Part shown: positions 27,703 through 36,778 of the stretch, one piece after another
Position numbering within the stretch: position 1 is the first letter of the stretch
How the letters are laid out: each line of letters starts with the position of its first letter
Source: an uncultured Gammaproteobacteria bacterium
Lineage (GTDB): Bacteria > Patescibacteriota > Patescibacteriia > UBA9934
DNA: 64,000 nt
NCBI GenBank assembly: GCA_964452565.1
Contig: CAYVLY010000001.1
Coordinates: forward strand, 386,897 to 450,896
Reading direction: 5' to 3'
Position numbers and translations under genes: made by a program
The notes under the pieces: model-generated
What the model saw: the letters and a program-made list of their open reading frames with translations, nothing else
What the model was told of the DNA's origin: nothing
The model's database searches: none

Positions 27703-27741
27703 TAAAAAGCAAAAGTCCCACCCAGGCGTTCCCAGGTGGGG
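27703..27741 (-). terminator. GC-rich hairpin plus T-run terminator downstream of the high-GC gene 27767..28579
   Basis: Minus strand reads CCCCCACCTGGGAACGCCTGGGTGGGACTTTTGCTTTTT, the same style as the terminators at 36577..36614 and 37757..37810. Confidence 0.5.
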
Positions 27742-27766
27742 GCTCGAAAGTCCGATCGCGAGGAGG

Positions 27767-28579
27767 CTACCTGAGCATCCAGCCGTAGATGTCCTGCATG
27801 CGATCATCGATGTTCTCGTCCCTCAGGCAGACCGCGATGCGCGCTGCCCAGGCCGGAACCATCATGTCGGGACACATCATGACGGCGGCGTCGTAGGGGA
27901 AGAACTCTACCCCCTGGATCACCTCTGCGTCTGAACCGTCACCCCCCTGCGCCGTCTGCACGTTGAGGTGCAGTGTGCCCCGATCAGTGGCCTTGAGGAA
28001 CCTGATGTCCACCTCGACAGCGAGACAGCCGATACCCTGACCTTCCCTGAAATTGGAGAACCACTGGGAACGCTGAGGGTTCATGCGCGGTCCCGGAACC
28101 ATCCAGGTACGCTTGAAGACCCCTTCGTGGTCACCAACCTCAGCATGAAGCTCCTCCATGCCGGTATCCTCGTGGGTCGCGGCGATCTTACCGTAGCCAC
28201 CGGCGGCGTTCCAGCTCATACCGCCCATGCATGGACGATTTTGGTAGGCCAGCGCCACGTAGAGACCACCCTCGACCACGACGTACGGCATAACCACCGT
28301 GCCACCACCACCTGCTTCCCAGTAGACCACAGTGACGAACTGGTCACCGTTTCCAGCGTCGAGATGGCAGAGATGGACCTCGCGGTAGATCTGCTTCTCG
28401 TCGTTGTGGATGTACAGAACGACTCTCTGAACCTGGTCTGAGCCGCCAGACCCCTCGACGCTGTCGACGTGCACCTTCCAGTCCGACTCCACACTCGATG
28501 GGATAGGCCCCAGGACAGCCAAGATGCCCTCAGGCATCAGGCTCTGAAAGCCACTCGCTTGAACCTGCTCTTCACTCAT
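27767..28579 (-). CDS. hypothetical protein encoded in a ~60% GC island (cassette 1)
   Basis: 270-aa ORF with GC content far above the surroundings. RBS GGAGGTG before the ATG; TTGACG-N17-TAAGGT promoter-like element about 60 nt upstream; own terminator. Confidence 0.55.
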   Translation of the reverse strand: MSEEQVQASGFQSLMPEGILAVLGPIPSSVESDWKVHVDSVEGSGGSDQVQRVVLYIHNDEKQIYREVHLCHLDAGNGDQFVTVVYWEAGGGGTVVMPYVVVEGGLYVALAYQNRPCMGGMSWNAAGGYGKIAATHEDTGMEELHAEVGDHEGVFKRTWMVPGPRMNPQRSQWFSNFREGQGIGCLAVEVDIRFLKATDRGTLHLNVQTAQGGDGSDAEVIQGVEFFPYDAAVMMCPDMMVPAWAARIAVCLRDENIDDRMQDIYGWMLR

Positions 28580-28706
28580 AGCACCTCCATGCTAATGCCA
28601 ATCCTTGCCATCAGTAGCAAAGGAAAAGAACCTTAGCGTAATTATCGATTCTCGTCAACCCAAAAACCCGCCAAATCGGCGAGTTTTTTAAACTGTCTAT
28701 ATTCTT

Positions 28707-29405
28707 TTATATCTGCCCCTTGAGTGCTTCCAATTTTTCAATAACTGCAGCCTTGTAGCCCTCATCTAACTCTTCTCCAGAAAACTCATATGAAACCTCT
28801 CCACTGGCATTCATTGTAATTGCAACGGTAGTAGAAGGCCCACTATAGTCAAAATTATCACCCGAGTAAGTCTGAAGACTACTTATATGAATCTCTGCCA
28901 CAGCTTTTGAGTGGAAATATTCATCAAAATAATAATCACCAGGCTCAAATTCATCAACGTAATTTAAATCAGGTGTATCAACATTTGCACCAAACCCATT
29001 ATATAAACTGTGACCGTTCTCAACTGGATTAACTTCTGAATGATCAACCTCATCCATCACGGTATCTAAATCACCTTCGTTAAATACCTCACGTGCCCTT
29101 GTAATCATTGCACCACGCTCAGTTTGTTCAAATTTCTCTATTGCAGCTTGAATTTCTTTATCATCAACCTCTGCTTCCACCGAGGCTCTATCTGCCTCCA
29201 TGCGTATAAACTCAACCCCTCCCTGCAATGCATCCCAGTCAAAATCTCTCAACTTCTCAGCAAGCGCCCTATCACTTCTTGCTGATGATACCAACTGTGA
29301 AAACTCTTCAACTCGTCGTCGCGCCTCTAGAAACTCCGTCCTCTCGAGGACTTCTCTTGTATCTGGAGCGCGTACAACCTCCTTTGGTGCACCTCTTTCT
29401 GGCAT
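28707..29405 (-). CDS. hypothetical acidic protein
   Basis: 232-aa ORF in a native-GC background; no recognised motif. Confidence 0.5.
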   Translation of the reverse strand: MPERGAPKEVVRAPDTREVLERTEFLEARRRVEEFSQLVSSARSDRALAEKLRDFDWDALQGGVEFIRMEADRASVEAEVDDKEIQAAIEKFEQTERGAMITRAREVFNEGDLDTVMDEVDHSEVNPVENGHSLYNGFGANVDTPDLNYVDEFEPGDYYFDEYFHSKAVAEIHISSLQTYSGDNFDYSGPSTTVAITMNASGEVSYEFSGEELDEGYKAAVIEKLEALKGQI

Positions 29406-29486
29406 ACATTTAAGATTAAATAATTATTACCCTCATTCTAAGAACTAATGATCTAAATTACAAGAAGGTGTCCACACAAGGGCTGT

Positions 29487-29515
29487 ACCATAAAAGACCA
29501 GGCAAGCTGGTCTTT
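29487..29515. terminator. bidirectional terminator hairpin AAAGACCAG-GCAA-GCTGGTCTTT downstream of hisS
   Basis: Perfect inverted repeat flanked by A/T runs. Confidence 0.6.
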
Positions 29516-29532
29516 TATAGTGAAAAACAAAT

Positions 29533-30858
29533 TTATTTACCTTTGAGCTGCTTCTTCACTAAATTAAGAACCTTGGTGATATCTACAATCTCTTGCCCTC
29601 CTGATTCCATATCACGAATAATGATTGTTCCATCAAGTACTTCTTTTTGCCCAAGGATCAATGCAACCTTTGCATTCCGTTTATCGGCGATCTCAAGCTG
29701 TGCCTTAAGTGCCCCCTTTCCAAACGCTTCCGCAGTCTTGATGCCCGCAGTACGGAACTCCTCAAAAACTATCAATCCTTTGCGTCGAGCTGCATCTCCT
29801 AGCTGACAGAAAAAAACATCAGTCTCTTGCTGTTTAGGAAGCTCAACTCCTTGACTCTTCATAGCGCGAACGATCCGCTCTATACCAAGCGCCAATCCCA
29901 TAGCAGGGGTATCCTCGCGACCACCAAGCTGCTCAATCAACATGTCGTAGCGACCTCCGCCCCCAAGAGAACTTTGTGCCTTCTCACCTTCGTCATCCAC
30001 TTGCACGATCTCAAACACAGTCTTTGTGTAGTAGTCCAAACCTCGAACCAAGAATGGATCAAGTTCATATGGCACCTCGGCCTCATCAAGATATTCAATT
30101 ACAGTCATGAAGTGTTGCTTTGATTCCTCATCAAGCCAATCAAGAATCTGCGGTGCATCCTTTTTGAGCTCATCCATTCCCTCTTCCTTTGAATCAAGTA
30201 GCCGCAATGGATTCTTAGTCAAACGCTTCTTGTCAACATCAGACAACTTTTTACGGAACTGCTTAAAGTAACTCACAAGTTCCATGATGTACTCACGTCG
30301 TGAATCCTCTGTTCCGATTGAGTTGATCAAAAACTTCACATCTACACCAAGCTCAGTAAGCATCCGATGTGTCATGATGATCATCTGTGCATCTAGAATT
30401 GGATCAGATGACCCAATTGCCTCAAGTCCAAACTGATAAAACTGACGATAACGACCAGCCTGCGGACGATCATGTCTAAACATCGGACCGAAGTACCACA
30501 TCTTCACTGGCTGTGTCTTGTTAAGCATTCCATGTTCGATATACGCACGTGCGACTGAAGCAGTTGCCTCAGGTCGCAATGTAACACGAGCCTCGCTCGG
30601 ATCCTTAAATGTATACATCTCCTTTTCAACTATGTCAGTTGCCTTTCCAACAGAACGCTCAAACAAAGTTGTTGGCTCTAGAATTGGCAGACGAATACGA
30701 CCAAAACTATAATCTGTTGCAATCTTTCGACAAGCATCCTCAACAGCATCCCAATATGTTTGATGCTCAGGAAGGATGTCTTTGAATCCACGCAAAATCT
30801 GCGGGGTCTTTATCTTTTTCTTTGGTTCCTCCTCGATAGGTTTCTTCTGTGCAGTCAT
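29533..30858 (-). CDS. hisS: histidyl-tRNA synthetase
   Basis: Class II aaRS motifs; HisRS-like RLDSKEE...GGGRYD; 441 aa. Confidence 0.9.
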   Translation of the reverse strand: MTAQKKPIEEEPKKKIKTPQILRGFKDILPEHQTYWDAVEDACRKIATDYSFGRIRLPILEPTTLFERSVGKATDIVEKEMYTFKDPSEARVTLRPEATASVARAYIEHGMLNKTQPVKMWYFGPMFRHDRPQAGRYRQFYQFGLEAIGSSDPILDAQMIIMTHRMLTELGVDVKFLINSIGTEDSRREYIMELVSYFKQFRKKLSDVDKKRLTKNPLRLLDSKEEGMDELKKDAPQILDWLDEESKQHFMTVIEYLDEAEVPYELDPFLVRGLDYYTKTVFEIVQVDDEGEKAQSSLGGGGRYDMLIEQLGGREDTPAMGLALGIERIVRAMKSQGVELPKQQETDVFFCQLGDAARRKGLIVFEEFRTAGIKTAEAFGKGALKAQLEIADKRNAKVALILGQKEVLDGTIIIRDMESGGQEIVDITKVLNLVKKQLKGK

Positions 30859-30860
30859 AA

Positions 30861-31469
30861 TTAATAAGTTAGATTATACTCAGGAGTATCGATCACTCCG
30901 GCTTTACTAAATGGAAGTCCGCGAATCCATACTCGTCCGACAATGTTATCTTCTGGGATTGGTCCAATTGAACGAGAATCTAAACTCATATCGCGATTAT
31001 CCCCCAAGACAAAGTACTCGCTGTCGCTCAATACCACATACTCCTCTCCGTGAGTATACTCATCAATGTAGTACTCATCGACAACCACACCATTGGGAAA
31101 CTCATCATTGTAAACTCGGATTGTTCCTTCTTTGATTTCTACGGTTTCGCCAGGTAGACCAATCACGCGCTTAATGTAATACTGATCTATACCTGTAGGT
31201 GGTTCAAATACGACAATCTCTCCACGTTCGATCGCTCGGAATCTGTATGAAAGCTCATCAATGATCAAATACTCGTTCTCTTCAAAATTCGGCTCCATTG
31301 AAGCTCCCTTTACAATAAATGGTTGAATCAAAAAGTATCGAATCGGAATAATGATAGCAGCTGCAATGATCACAACCTGCAATACCTCTAAAACAAATAC
31401 CACAACACCACCCAGCGTTGCTCCGAAGATTCTGAATATTGCAGAGTCTTTTTTCTCCTTAAAAGACAT
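30861..31469 (-). CDS. lepB: signal peptidase I
   Basis: Catalytic Ser box GASMEPNF and the GDNRDMSLDSR box. Confidence 0.85.
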   Translation of the reverse strand: MSFKEKKDSAIFRIFGATLGGVVVFVLEVLQVVIIAAAIIIPIRYFLIQPFIVKGASMEPNFEENEYLIIDELSYRFRAIERGEIVVFEPPTGIDQYYIKRVIGLPGETVEIKEGTIRVYNDEFPNGVVVDEYYIDEYTHGEEYVVLSDSEYFVLGDNRDMSLDSRSIGPIPEDNIVGRVWIRGLPFSKAGVIDTPEYNLTY

Positions 31470-31596
31470 GTTTTTACTTTAAAATTGGCTTAAATCTCGC
31501 TCAGAATAGCATATTTTTCATGCATGTGCAAGGAAAAACCACCACTCATGATTTCCGATTCCCAATTCCATAAAAACCTGCTAGAATACGAGCGTT

Positions 31597-33084
31597 ATGA
31601 GCGACGAGCATAGCGTTGATTTTCTCAAAAAGAAGTACCAGATGGTCCCAACTCAAAAGAGCACAAAGCGAAAGCGCAAGGCTCTCAAAGTGTTTGGGGC
31701 GCTTTTTGTTGTTACAGCTATCTGCGGCGTTCTTTTTTCTTACAATCTTTCCCGCGAGTATGACGACGAGGCTGTTGAGTATGAGAGCTTCTCACTCTTC
31801 TCTTCTTTACGTAATCTTGTTAGTTCAGGAGATAAGGAGTTGACCGGTGAAGATGATGACCGCATAAACTTTTTACTTCTTGGAGTTGGAGGATACGGAC
31901 ATGCCGGGCCTGAGCTTTCTGACACCATAATGTTTGCAAGTTACAAACCTTCAACAAGTGATATTGGTTTGCTCTCGATTCCTAGAGACCTAGCCGTGCC
32001 TATTCCTGGATATGGCTACCAAAAGATCAACAGTATAAATGCGTATGGTGAGATGGAAGATCCTGGATCTGGTCCTGAGTGGTCATCTGAGGTAATTGGC
32101 GATCTTCTTGATCAGCAGATTCACTACTACGTGAAGGTTGACTTCAATGGATTTGTAGAAATGATTGATGCAATTGGCGGAATCGATGTGTATGTTGATA
32201 GGTCATTTACAGACTACAGCTACCCCACTGACGACGATCTTATTCAAACAGTTTCGTTTGATGCTGGATGGACACACATGGACGGTGAAACCGCCTTGCA
32301 GTTTGCCCGCTCAAGACACGGAGATAATGGCGAAGGGTCTGACTTTGCTCGCGCTGAGCGCCAACAAAAAATCTTGCTTGCTGTAAAAGATGAACTTCTC
32401 TCAGCATCAACCTTTCTGAACCCGTCAAAGCTGAGCAACCTAGTTGAGACTTTCCAGGACAATGTTGAAACAAACATGTCATTCTGGGAGTTGATGAAAA
32501 TGACACGCTACATTCCAGATATCGACACTGAGAATATCTACACAACAGTTCTTGAAACTGGATATGACAGTCCTCTGTATTCTACGATGATTAATGGAGC
32601 GTATGTTCTTCTACCAAAGAAAGATGACTGGACACCAATTCAGGAGATGGCGCAAAACATTTTTGATGAATCTGGTTCTGCAAGTTATGCAACTGACAGT
32701 GTAGATAGCGATTCTGACACAAGTGCGGAGATCTCATCAACGATCCTGGAGATACAAAACGGAACAAGCGTTGTAGGCCTTGCCTTTCAAACCTCGCAGA
32801 TGCTCTCTGGAACAAACTTTTCTGTAGAAAACATCGGAAACGCAGACTCTCAAGATTATGAAACAACTATAATCTACGACCTTACCGGCGGAGAAAAACC
32901 AGACGAACTGGAAGTATTAACAAACTTTTTAGAAGCCGATGTTGCAATGACAACATCGGGTTGGATCTTTTCTGAAACAGTCACTCCTCGTGAGCTAACA
33001 ATTGATACTCCAGAGGATACTGATGAAAACATTGACTTTTTGATAATTTTGGGGCAAAACGCTACGAGCTTGGTACTGCAATAA
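31597..33084 (+). CDS. LytR-CpsA-Psr (LCP) family cell-envelope protein with C-terminal LytR_C-like domain
   Basis: N-terminal TM; FLLLGVGGYGHAGPELSDTIMFASY LCP core; extended -10 TGCTAGAAT just upstream. Confidence 0.8.
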   Translation: MSDEHSVDFLKKKYQMVPTQKSTKRKRKALKVFGALFVVTAICGVLFSYNLSREYDDEAVEYESFSLFSSLRNLVSSGDKELTGEDDDRINFLLLGVGGYGHAGPELSDTIMFASYKPSTSDIGLLSIPRDLAVPIPGYGYQKINSINAYGEMEDPGSGPEWSSEVIGDLLDQQIHYYVKVDFNGFVEMIDAIGGIDVYVDRSFTDYSYPTDDDLIQTVSFDAGWTHMDGETALQFARSRHGDNGEGSDFARAERQQKILLAVKDELLSASTFLNPSKLSNLVETFQDNVETNMSFWELMKMTRYIPDIDTENIYTTVLETGYDSPLYSTMINGAYVLLPKKDDWTPIQEMAQNIFDESGSASYATDSVDSDSDTSAEISSTILEIQNGTSVVGLAFQTSQMLSGTNFSVENIGNADSQDYETTIIYDLTGGEKPDELEVLTNFLEADVAMTTSGWIFSETVTPRELTIDTPEDTDENIDFLIILGQNATSLVLQ

Positions 33085-33170
33085 AGTGATTAAAGGTTAA
33101 AAAGGTGATCAAAAGTGATTAACAACTTTTCACACCTCTCATCACCTTTCATCACTTCTTAATCACCTCT
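33085..33170 (+). promoter_or_regulatory. GTGAT/ATCAC repeat module (R3) upstream of der
   Basis: AAAGTGATTAAAGGTTAAAAAGGTGATCAAAAGTGATTAACAACTTTTCACACCTCTCATCACCTTTCATCACTTCTTAATCACCTCT-ATG. Same architecture as R1 and R2: 3x GTGAT, then 3x ATCAC. AAAGGTGAT...ATCACCTTT is a perfect 9-bp pairing. Confidence 0.5.
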
Positions 33171-34541
33171 ATGACTTCACACGCCCCCAAGGTCGCGATT
33201 GTTGGCCGAACAAATGTAGGAAAATCAACCCTGTTCAACAAGCTTATTGAAGAACAGAAGTCTTTAGTTTCTGCGACTCCCGGTACAACTCGTGATCGCT
33301 ATGAGGGAGACTGCATCTGGCGCGCCAAGGTTGTGCGGCTGATTGATACAGGTGGGCTTGATCGTGATCAAACTGATGAGATCGATATTGAGATTGGCAA
33401 GCAAGCAAGGGCAGCCATAAAGGAGGCTGATCTTGTTTTATTTATAGTTGATGTTAAGGCCGGTCTTCAAGAAGAAGATCGTTTGTTAGAAAAAGAACTT
33501 CAGAAGCTTAAGAAGCCAATAATTCTCGTTGGAAATAAGGCAGACAATGCAAAGCTTGTTGCATCTGTTCATGATAAGCAATGGCATAAGTGGAGTCTGC
33601 AATCTCCGATGCCAGTTTGTGCCAAACGGGGAAATAGGACCGGTGACTTGCTTGATAGCGTTTACGAAGAACTTGAAGAGCTGGGCAAACCCCCGATTTC
33701 GATTTCCGATGCCACTGCCATGCGTGTTGCAGTTATTGGAAGGCCGAACGTTGGAAAGTCTTCCCTTCTTAATGCCGCACTTGGTGAAACTCGATTTATT
33801 GCATCATCACGTGAACATACGACTCGCGAACCTAATGACACACAAGTTACTATAGACGGACGTGATTATATTCTTATCGACACTGCGGGTCTTCGAAAAA
33901 TGGCACGTGTTCACAGTGGTAAGTCAAAACTTGAAAAAGAAGGTGTTGAAAGAACCATTAAAGCCATAAAGAAATCTGACGTTTGTCTTCTGGTGCTCGA
34001 TATTTCTAAAAATATCCAAGCGCAAGATAAGCATCTAGCTGGTGAACTTGAAAAATCTGGAGCAAGCGTGGTTATCATTGCAAACAAGTGGGATCTGATT
34101 CCTGATAAAGACCCTGTCACGATCGACAAATACGAACACTACATCCGCGCTAACTTGCCATCTCTTGATTGGGCGCCGATCTTGTTTACAACTGCTACAA
34201 CTGGAAAGCGTGTTCAAAACATGTTCGATATTATTGATCAAGTTTTTGAAAATAGATTCACACAGCTTGATGATCAAGAAACACACGAGTTTATCAGCCG
34301 AGCCATTGTGAAGCACAAACCAAGTCGTGGAAAAGGAATCGCGCATCCAAAAATCTTTAAGTTTAGGCAAACTGGAGTTAACCCTCCAACATTCCTTTTG
34401 TTCATCAAGCAGATGCGTACTGACTCTCTGAATAAATCATATTTGCGGTTCTTAGAGAACTTATTGCGACGATTTTATTCATTTGGTGGAACTCCGATTG
34501 TGATCAAAGTGCGCGGACGTAAGAAATCACATACGACTTAA
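33171..34541 (+). CDS. der: ribosome-biogenesis GTPase Der (EngA), tandem GTPase domains + KH-like domain
   Basis: Two P-loops GRTNVGKSTLFN and GRPNVGKSSLLN; 456 aa. Confidence 0.9.
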   Translation: MTSHAPKVAIVGRTNVGKSTLFNKLIEEQKSLVSATPGTTRDRYEGDCIWRAKVVRLIDTGGLDRDQTDEIDIEIGKQARAAIKEADLVLFIVDVKAGLQEEDRLLEKELQKLKKPIILVGNKADNAKLVASVHDKQWHKWSLQSPMPVCAKRGNRTGDLLDSVYEELEELGKPPISISDATAMRVAVIGRPNVGKSSLLNAALGETRFIASSREHTTREPNDTQVTIDGRDYILIDTAGLRKMARVHSGKSKLEKEGVERTIKAIKKSDVCLLVLDISKNIQAQDKHLAGELEKSGASVVIIANKWDLIPDKDPVTIDKYEHYIRANLPSLDWAPILFTTATTGKRVQNMFDIIDQVFENRFTQLDDQETHEFISRAIVKHKPSRGKGIAHPKIFKFRQTGVNPPTFLLFIKQMRTDSLNKSYLRFLENLLRRFYSFGGTPIVIKVRGRKKSHTT

Positions 34542-34550
34542 TACAGAACA

Positions 34551-34642
34551 CAGATCCCCTCCAGCTCCCCCCTCGAAAGGGGGAGGGTCTAGATTCGAAA
34601 TTAGACCCCTCCTTGCGAAGGAGGGGGTAGGGGAGGTCTGTG
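34551..34642. repeat. dual-hairpin REP/RPE-like element copy A (der-pth spacer)
   Basis: CTCCCCCCTCGAAAGGGGGAG hairpin, then GGTCTAGATTCGAAATTAGACC, then CCCCTCCTTGCGAAGGAGGGG hairpin. Family members at 53535, 54409, 56494 and 61069. Confidence 0.7.
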
Positions 34643-34663
34643 AATCTCAATTCCAACAACTCT

Positions 34664-35224
34664 ATGAAACTAATCCTAGGCCTGGGCAATCCAGGAAAAA
34701 AATACGAAAGTACTCGCCACAATGTCGGCTTTATGGTGCTCGATGCGATTGCTGCTGAGCTCGGTGCCTCATTTTCTGATAAATCCGATTTACATGCTGA
34801 CGTGGCTGAGTTAAATCTCGACGGCGAGAAGCTGATATTGGCAAAGCCAACAACATTCATGAACAAGTCAGGCGATTCCTTACGGGCACTAATCAAAAAA
34901 TACAAAGTTGACTTAGGTGATATTTGGATCGTGTTTGATGATGCAGCTTTGGGTCTTGGAACACTTCGAGTTCGGCAAGAAGGATCGGCCGGCGGGCACA
35001 ATGGTGTAAAGTCAATCATCGATGCAATCGGCGGTCAAACTTTTTGGAGATTTAAAGTCGGCGTCAACTCCCCTGCTGAAAATGTGCCGCTTGAGGATTG
35101 GGTGCTTTCAAAGTTCGCAGGTGATCAAGTCGAACTTCTCGGACGCGTGATCGAACTTACAAAAGAACAAATCCTAAACGCCTTACAAACCGAACCAAGC
35201 GATGAAAGCCTGTCGATAAACTAA
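34664..35224 (+). CDS. pth: peptidyl-tRNA hydrolase
   Basis: MKLILGLGNPGKKYESTRHNVGFMVLD Pth signature. The ORF track begins at a GTG at 34640 inside the REP-like element; the ATG at 34664 is the likelier start. Confidence 0.85.
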   Translation: MKLILGLGNPGKKYESTRHNVGFMVLDAIAAELGASFSDKSDLHADVAELNLDGEKLILAKPTTFMNKSGDSLRALIKKYKVDLGDIWIVFDDAALGLGTLRVRQEGSAGGHNGVKSIIDAIGGQTFWRFKVGVNSPAENVPLEDWVLSKFAGDQVELLGRVIELTKEQILNALQTEPSDESLSIN

Positions 35225-35228
35225 ACAT

Positions 35229-35909
35229 ATGAAAAAATTTGCATTACTTACATTAGCCTCCCTACTACTTGTAGGGTTTGGGTGTACATCAGATTCGTCA
35301 GATGATACAGGCCTTGAAATTCCTGAAGATGAGACTGTTGAGGAATCAACAGAGTCAACTCTAGACTCTGATGGGGACGGGATCACAGACTACGAAGAAA
35401 TTGAAACCTATCAGACAGATCCATTCGATGAAGATACAGACGGTGATGGATATTTGGATGGTGACGAGATTGCTGCAGGATACGATCCAAACGAGCCTGC
35501 AGTAACAACTATAGTAGAAGAGGATGCCAACTTTCAAGATACACAGATAAAAGATGGTCTGACAGTTAATACAGATATTACAGTTGACCTTACAACAACT
35601 ATTGACTGCGGAGCTGAGGTGTCATGTTTTGATGAAAAGTTTGCAGCTTGCGAACCCTCAACAATGACAAGTGATGCAAGTGGGTGGGTAGCGGTTAGTT
35701 ATGAAATTACTGGCCCAGCTGATTACGGGTGCGCAGTAACAATGATATATACAACAAACCCCAATCCGGAATGGCAAGATAAACCGCTTTACTGTGTCTA
35801 CGATAATTCAAAAGACTTTGAATCAGCGATGATGGAAGCTGTCGAAGCAGCGATGGAAACTGACGGATACTGCAGTGGACCACTTAATGACGTATTCCAC
35901 TCTGAGTAA
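35229..35909 (+). CDS. lipoprotein with bacterial TSP3-like Ca-binding repeats (fourth member of the TSP3 family in the window)
   Basis: Signal peptide MKKFALLTLASLLLVGFGC; DSDGDGITDYEEIETYQTDPFDEDTDGDGYLDGDEIAAGYDPNEP. Confidence 0.6.
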   Translation: MKKFALLTLASLLLVGFGCTSDSSDDTGLEIPEDETVEESTESTLDSDGDGITDYEEIETYQTDPFDEDTDGDGYLDGDEIAAGYDPNEPAVTTIVEEDANFQDTQIKDGLTVNTDITVDLTTTIDCGAEVSCFDEKFAACEPSTMTSDASGWVAVSYEITGPADYGCAVTMIYTTNPNPEWQDKPLYCVYDNSKDFESAMMEAVEAAMETDGYCSGPLNDVFHSE

Positions 35910-35920
35910 GTAAATATTAC

Positions 35921-35948
35921 AAAAAGAGCCAATCCCGGCTCTTTTTTG
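35921..35948 (+). terminator. terminator AAGAGCCAATCCCGGCTCTTTTTT; near-identical copy at 36611..36636
   Basis: Hairpin GAGCC-N6-GGCTC plus T6. Confidence 0.6.
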
Positions 35949-35959
35949 GTTTACAGGGC

Positions 35960-35988
35960 TTGACAATGCAGTTTTTTTATGCTAAATT
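35960..35988 (+). promoter_or_regulatory. near-consensus sigma70 promoter of high-GC cassette 2 (TTGACA-N17-TAAATT, preceded by TGC)
   Basis: TTGACA at 35960..35965, 17-nt spacer, TAAATT at 35983..35988. The ORF-track start of the 198-aa ORF (TTG at 35960) is this -35 box. Confidence 0.55.
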
Positions 35989-36034
35989 TCTTTGTTCATT
36001 CAACCAGGCCCAGGGGCGCAAACCAGAGAACAAC

Positions 36035-36556
36035 ATGCCTGACAGAGTGGAAAAACTCGCCAGTCTAATGGGAATGAAAGGAACCGTAGTTGATGGGAAG
36101 GAAATCTTCGCCTGTCGGCTCGGTTCAGAAGGCGACACCCTCGTCATCGCGTACTACGACGACGCGCGGCACATCTGGAAAATCCGGTTCTTGCCGGGAA
36201 TCCCCATCGTACCTGCGCAAGCGCTGGTGCACGGTGGCTACAGGTGGAACGAGCGAGGCTATGGATATAAGTTCTACAACTGGCCCAAAACCTCAATCCA
36301 GATCGAAGATGAACCCCACGAAGTTGGTCAACGCGAATTTATGTGTTCGATTGGTGCTTTCACAGCTGAACGAACCGTGGATGCCTTCGTGGCGCTCCAA
36401 CTCGTCTTCCGCGTAAGCTTCCTTGCGCCATACGATCGCCCCCTGACAGACACACAGGTCAGAGAAGCAATGCATCTAATGACGATCGTGGCCAATGACT
36501 GTCATTTTGTCGCCCCACCTGGGTATTACCCTGGCGACGAAGACCTCGAAAGCTAA
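36035..36556 (+). CDS. hypothetical protein in ~60% GC island (cassette 2), 173 aa from first ATG downstream of the promoter
   Basis: In-frame ATG at 36035 (M26 of the track ORF 35960..36556); GC-rich codon usage unlike the host genes. Confidence 0.5.
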   Translation: MPDRVEKLASLMGMKGTVVDGKEIFACRLGSEGDTLVIAYYDDARHIWKIRFLPGIPIVPAQALVHGGYRWNERGYGYKFYNWPKTSIQIEDEPHEVGQREFMCSIGAFTAERTVDAFVALQLVFRVSFLAPYDRPLTDTQVREAMHLMTIVANDCHFVAPPGYYPGDEDLES

Positions 36557-36576
36557 ACCGTACCTCACCCCCACCC

Positions 36577-36614
36577 CGGACCCCCGCGTCCTTGCGTGGG
36601 GGTTCTGCTTTTTT
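36577..36614 (+). terminator. GC-hairpin terminator of cassette 2 (shared module TCACCCCCACCCC...CGTGGGGGTTCTGCTTTTTT)
   Basis: ACCCCCGCG-TCCTTG-CGTGGGGGT hairpin (one G.U pair) plus TCTGCTTTTTT. About 80% identical to 37757..37810. Confidence 0.65.
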
Positions 36615-36682
36615 GAGCCAATACCGGCTCTTTTTTGACCAAACTACCAACGTTACACGTTGGTAGTTTTTGCATAATTATA

Positions 36683-36711
36683 TTGACAATTTGGCTAATT
36701 TATGCTATATT
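36683..36711 (+). promoter_or_regulatory. near-consensus sigma70 promoter of high-GC cassette 3 (TTGACA-N17-TATATT)
   Basis: TTGACA 36683..36688, 17-nt spacer ATTTGGCTAATTTATGC, TATATT 36706..36711. Similar to the cassette 2 promoter (TTGACAAT...TTTATGCTAWAT). Confidence 0.55.
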
Positions 36712-36778
36712 TTTTTGTTTCTAGCGCAACTCCGCGCAGAACATATCGTGCATCCCGCACGTGAAGAGGGAGACAAGA

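Noticed and set aside
35960-36034. N-terminal 25 codons of the track ORF 35960..36556 (MTMQFFYAKF...)
   Set aside because: The TTG start is the -35 hexamer of a TTGACA-N17-TAAATT promoter. Translation more plausibly begins at the ATG at 36035.
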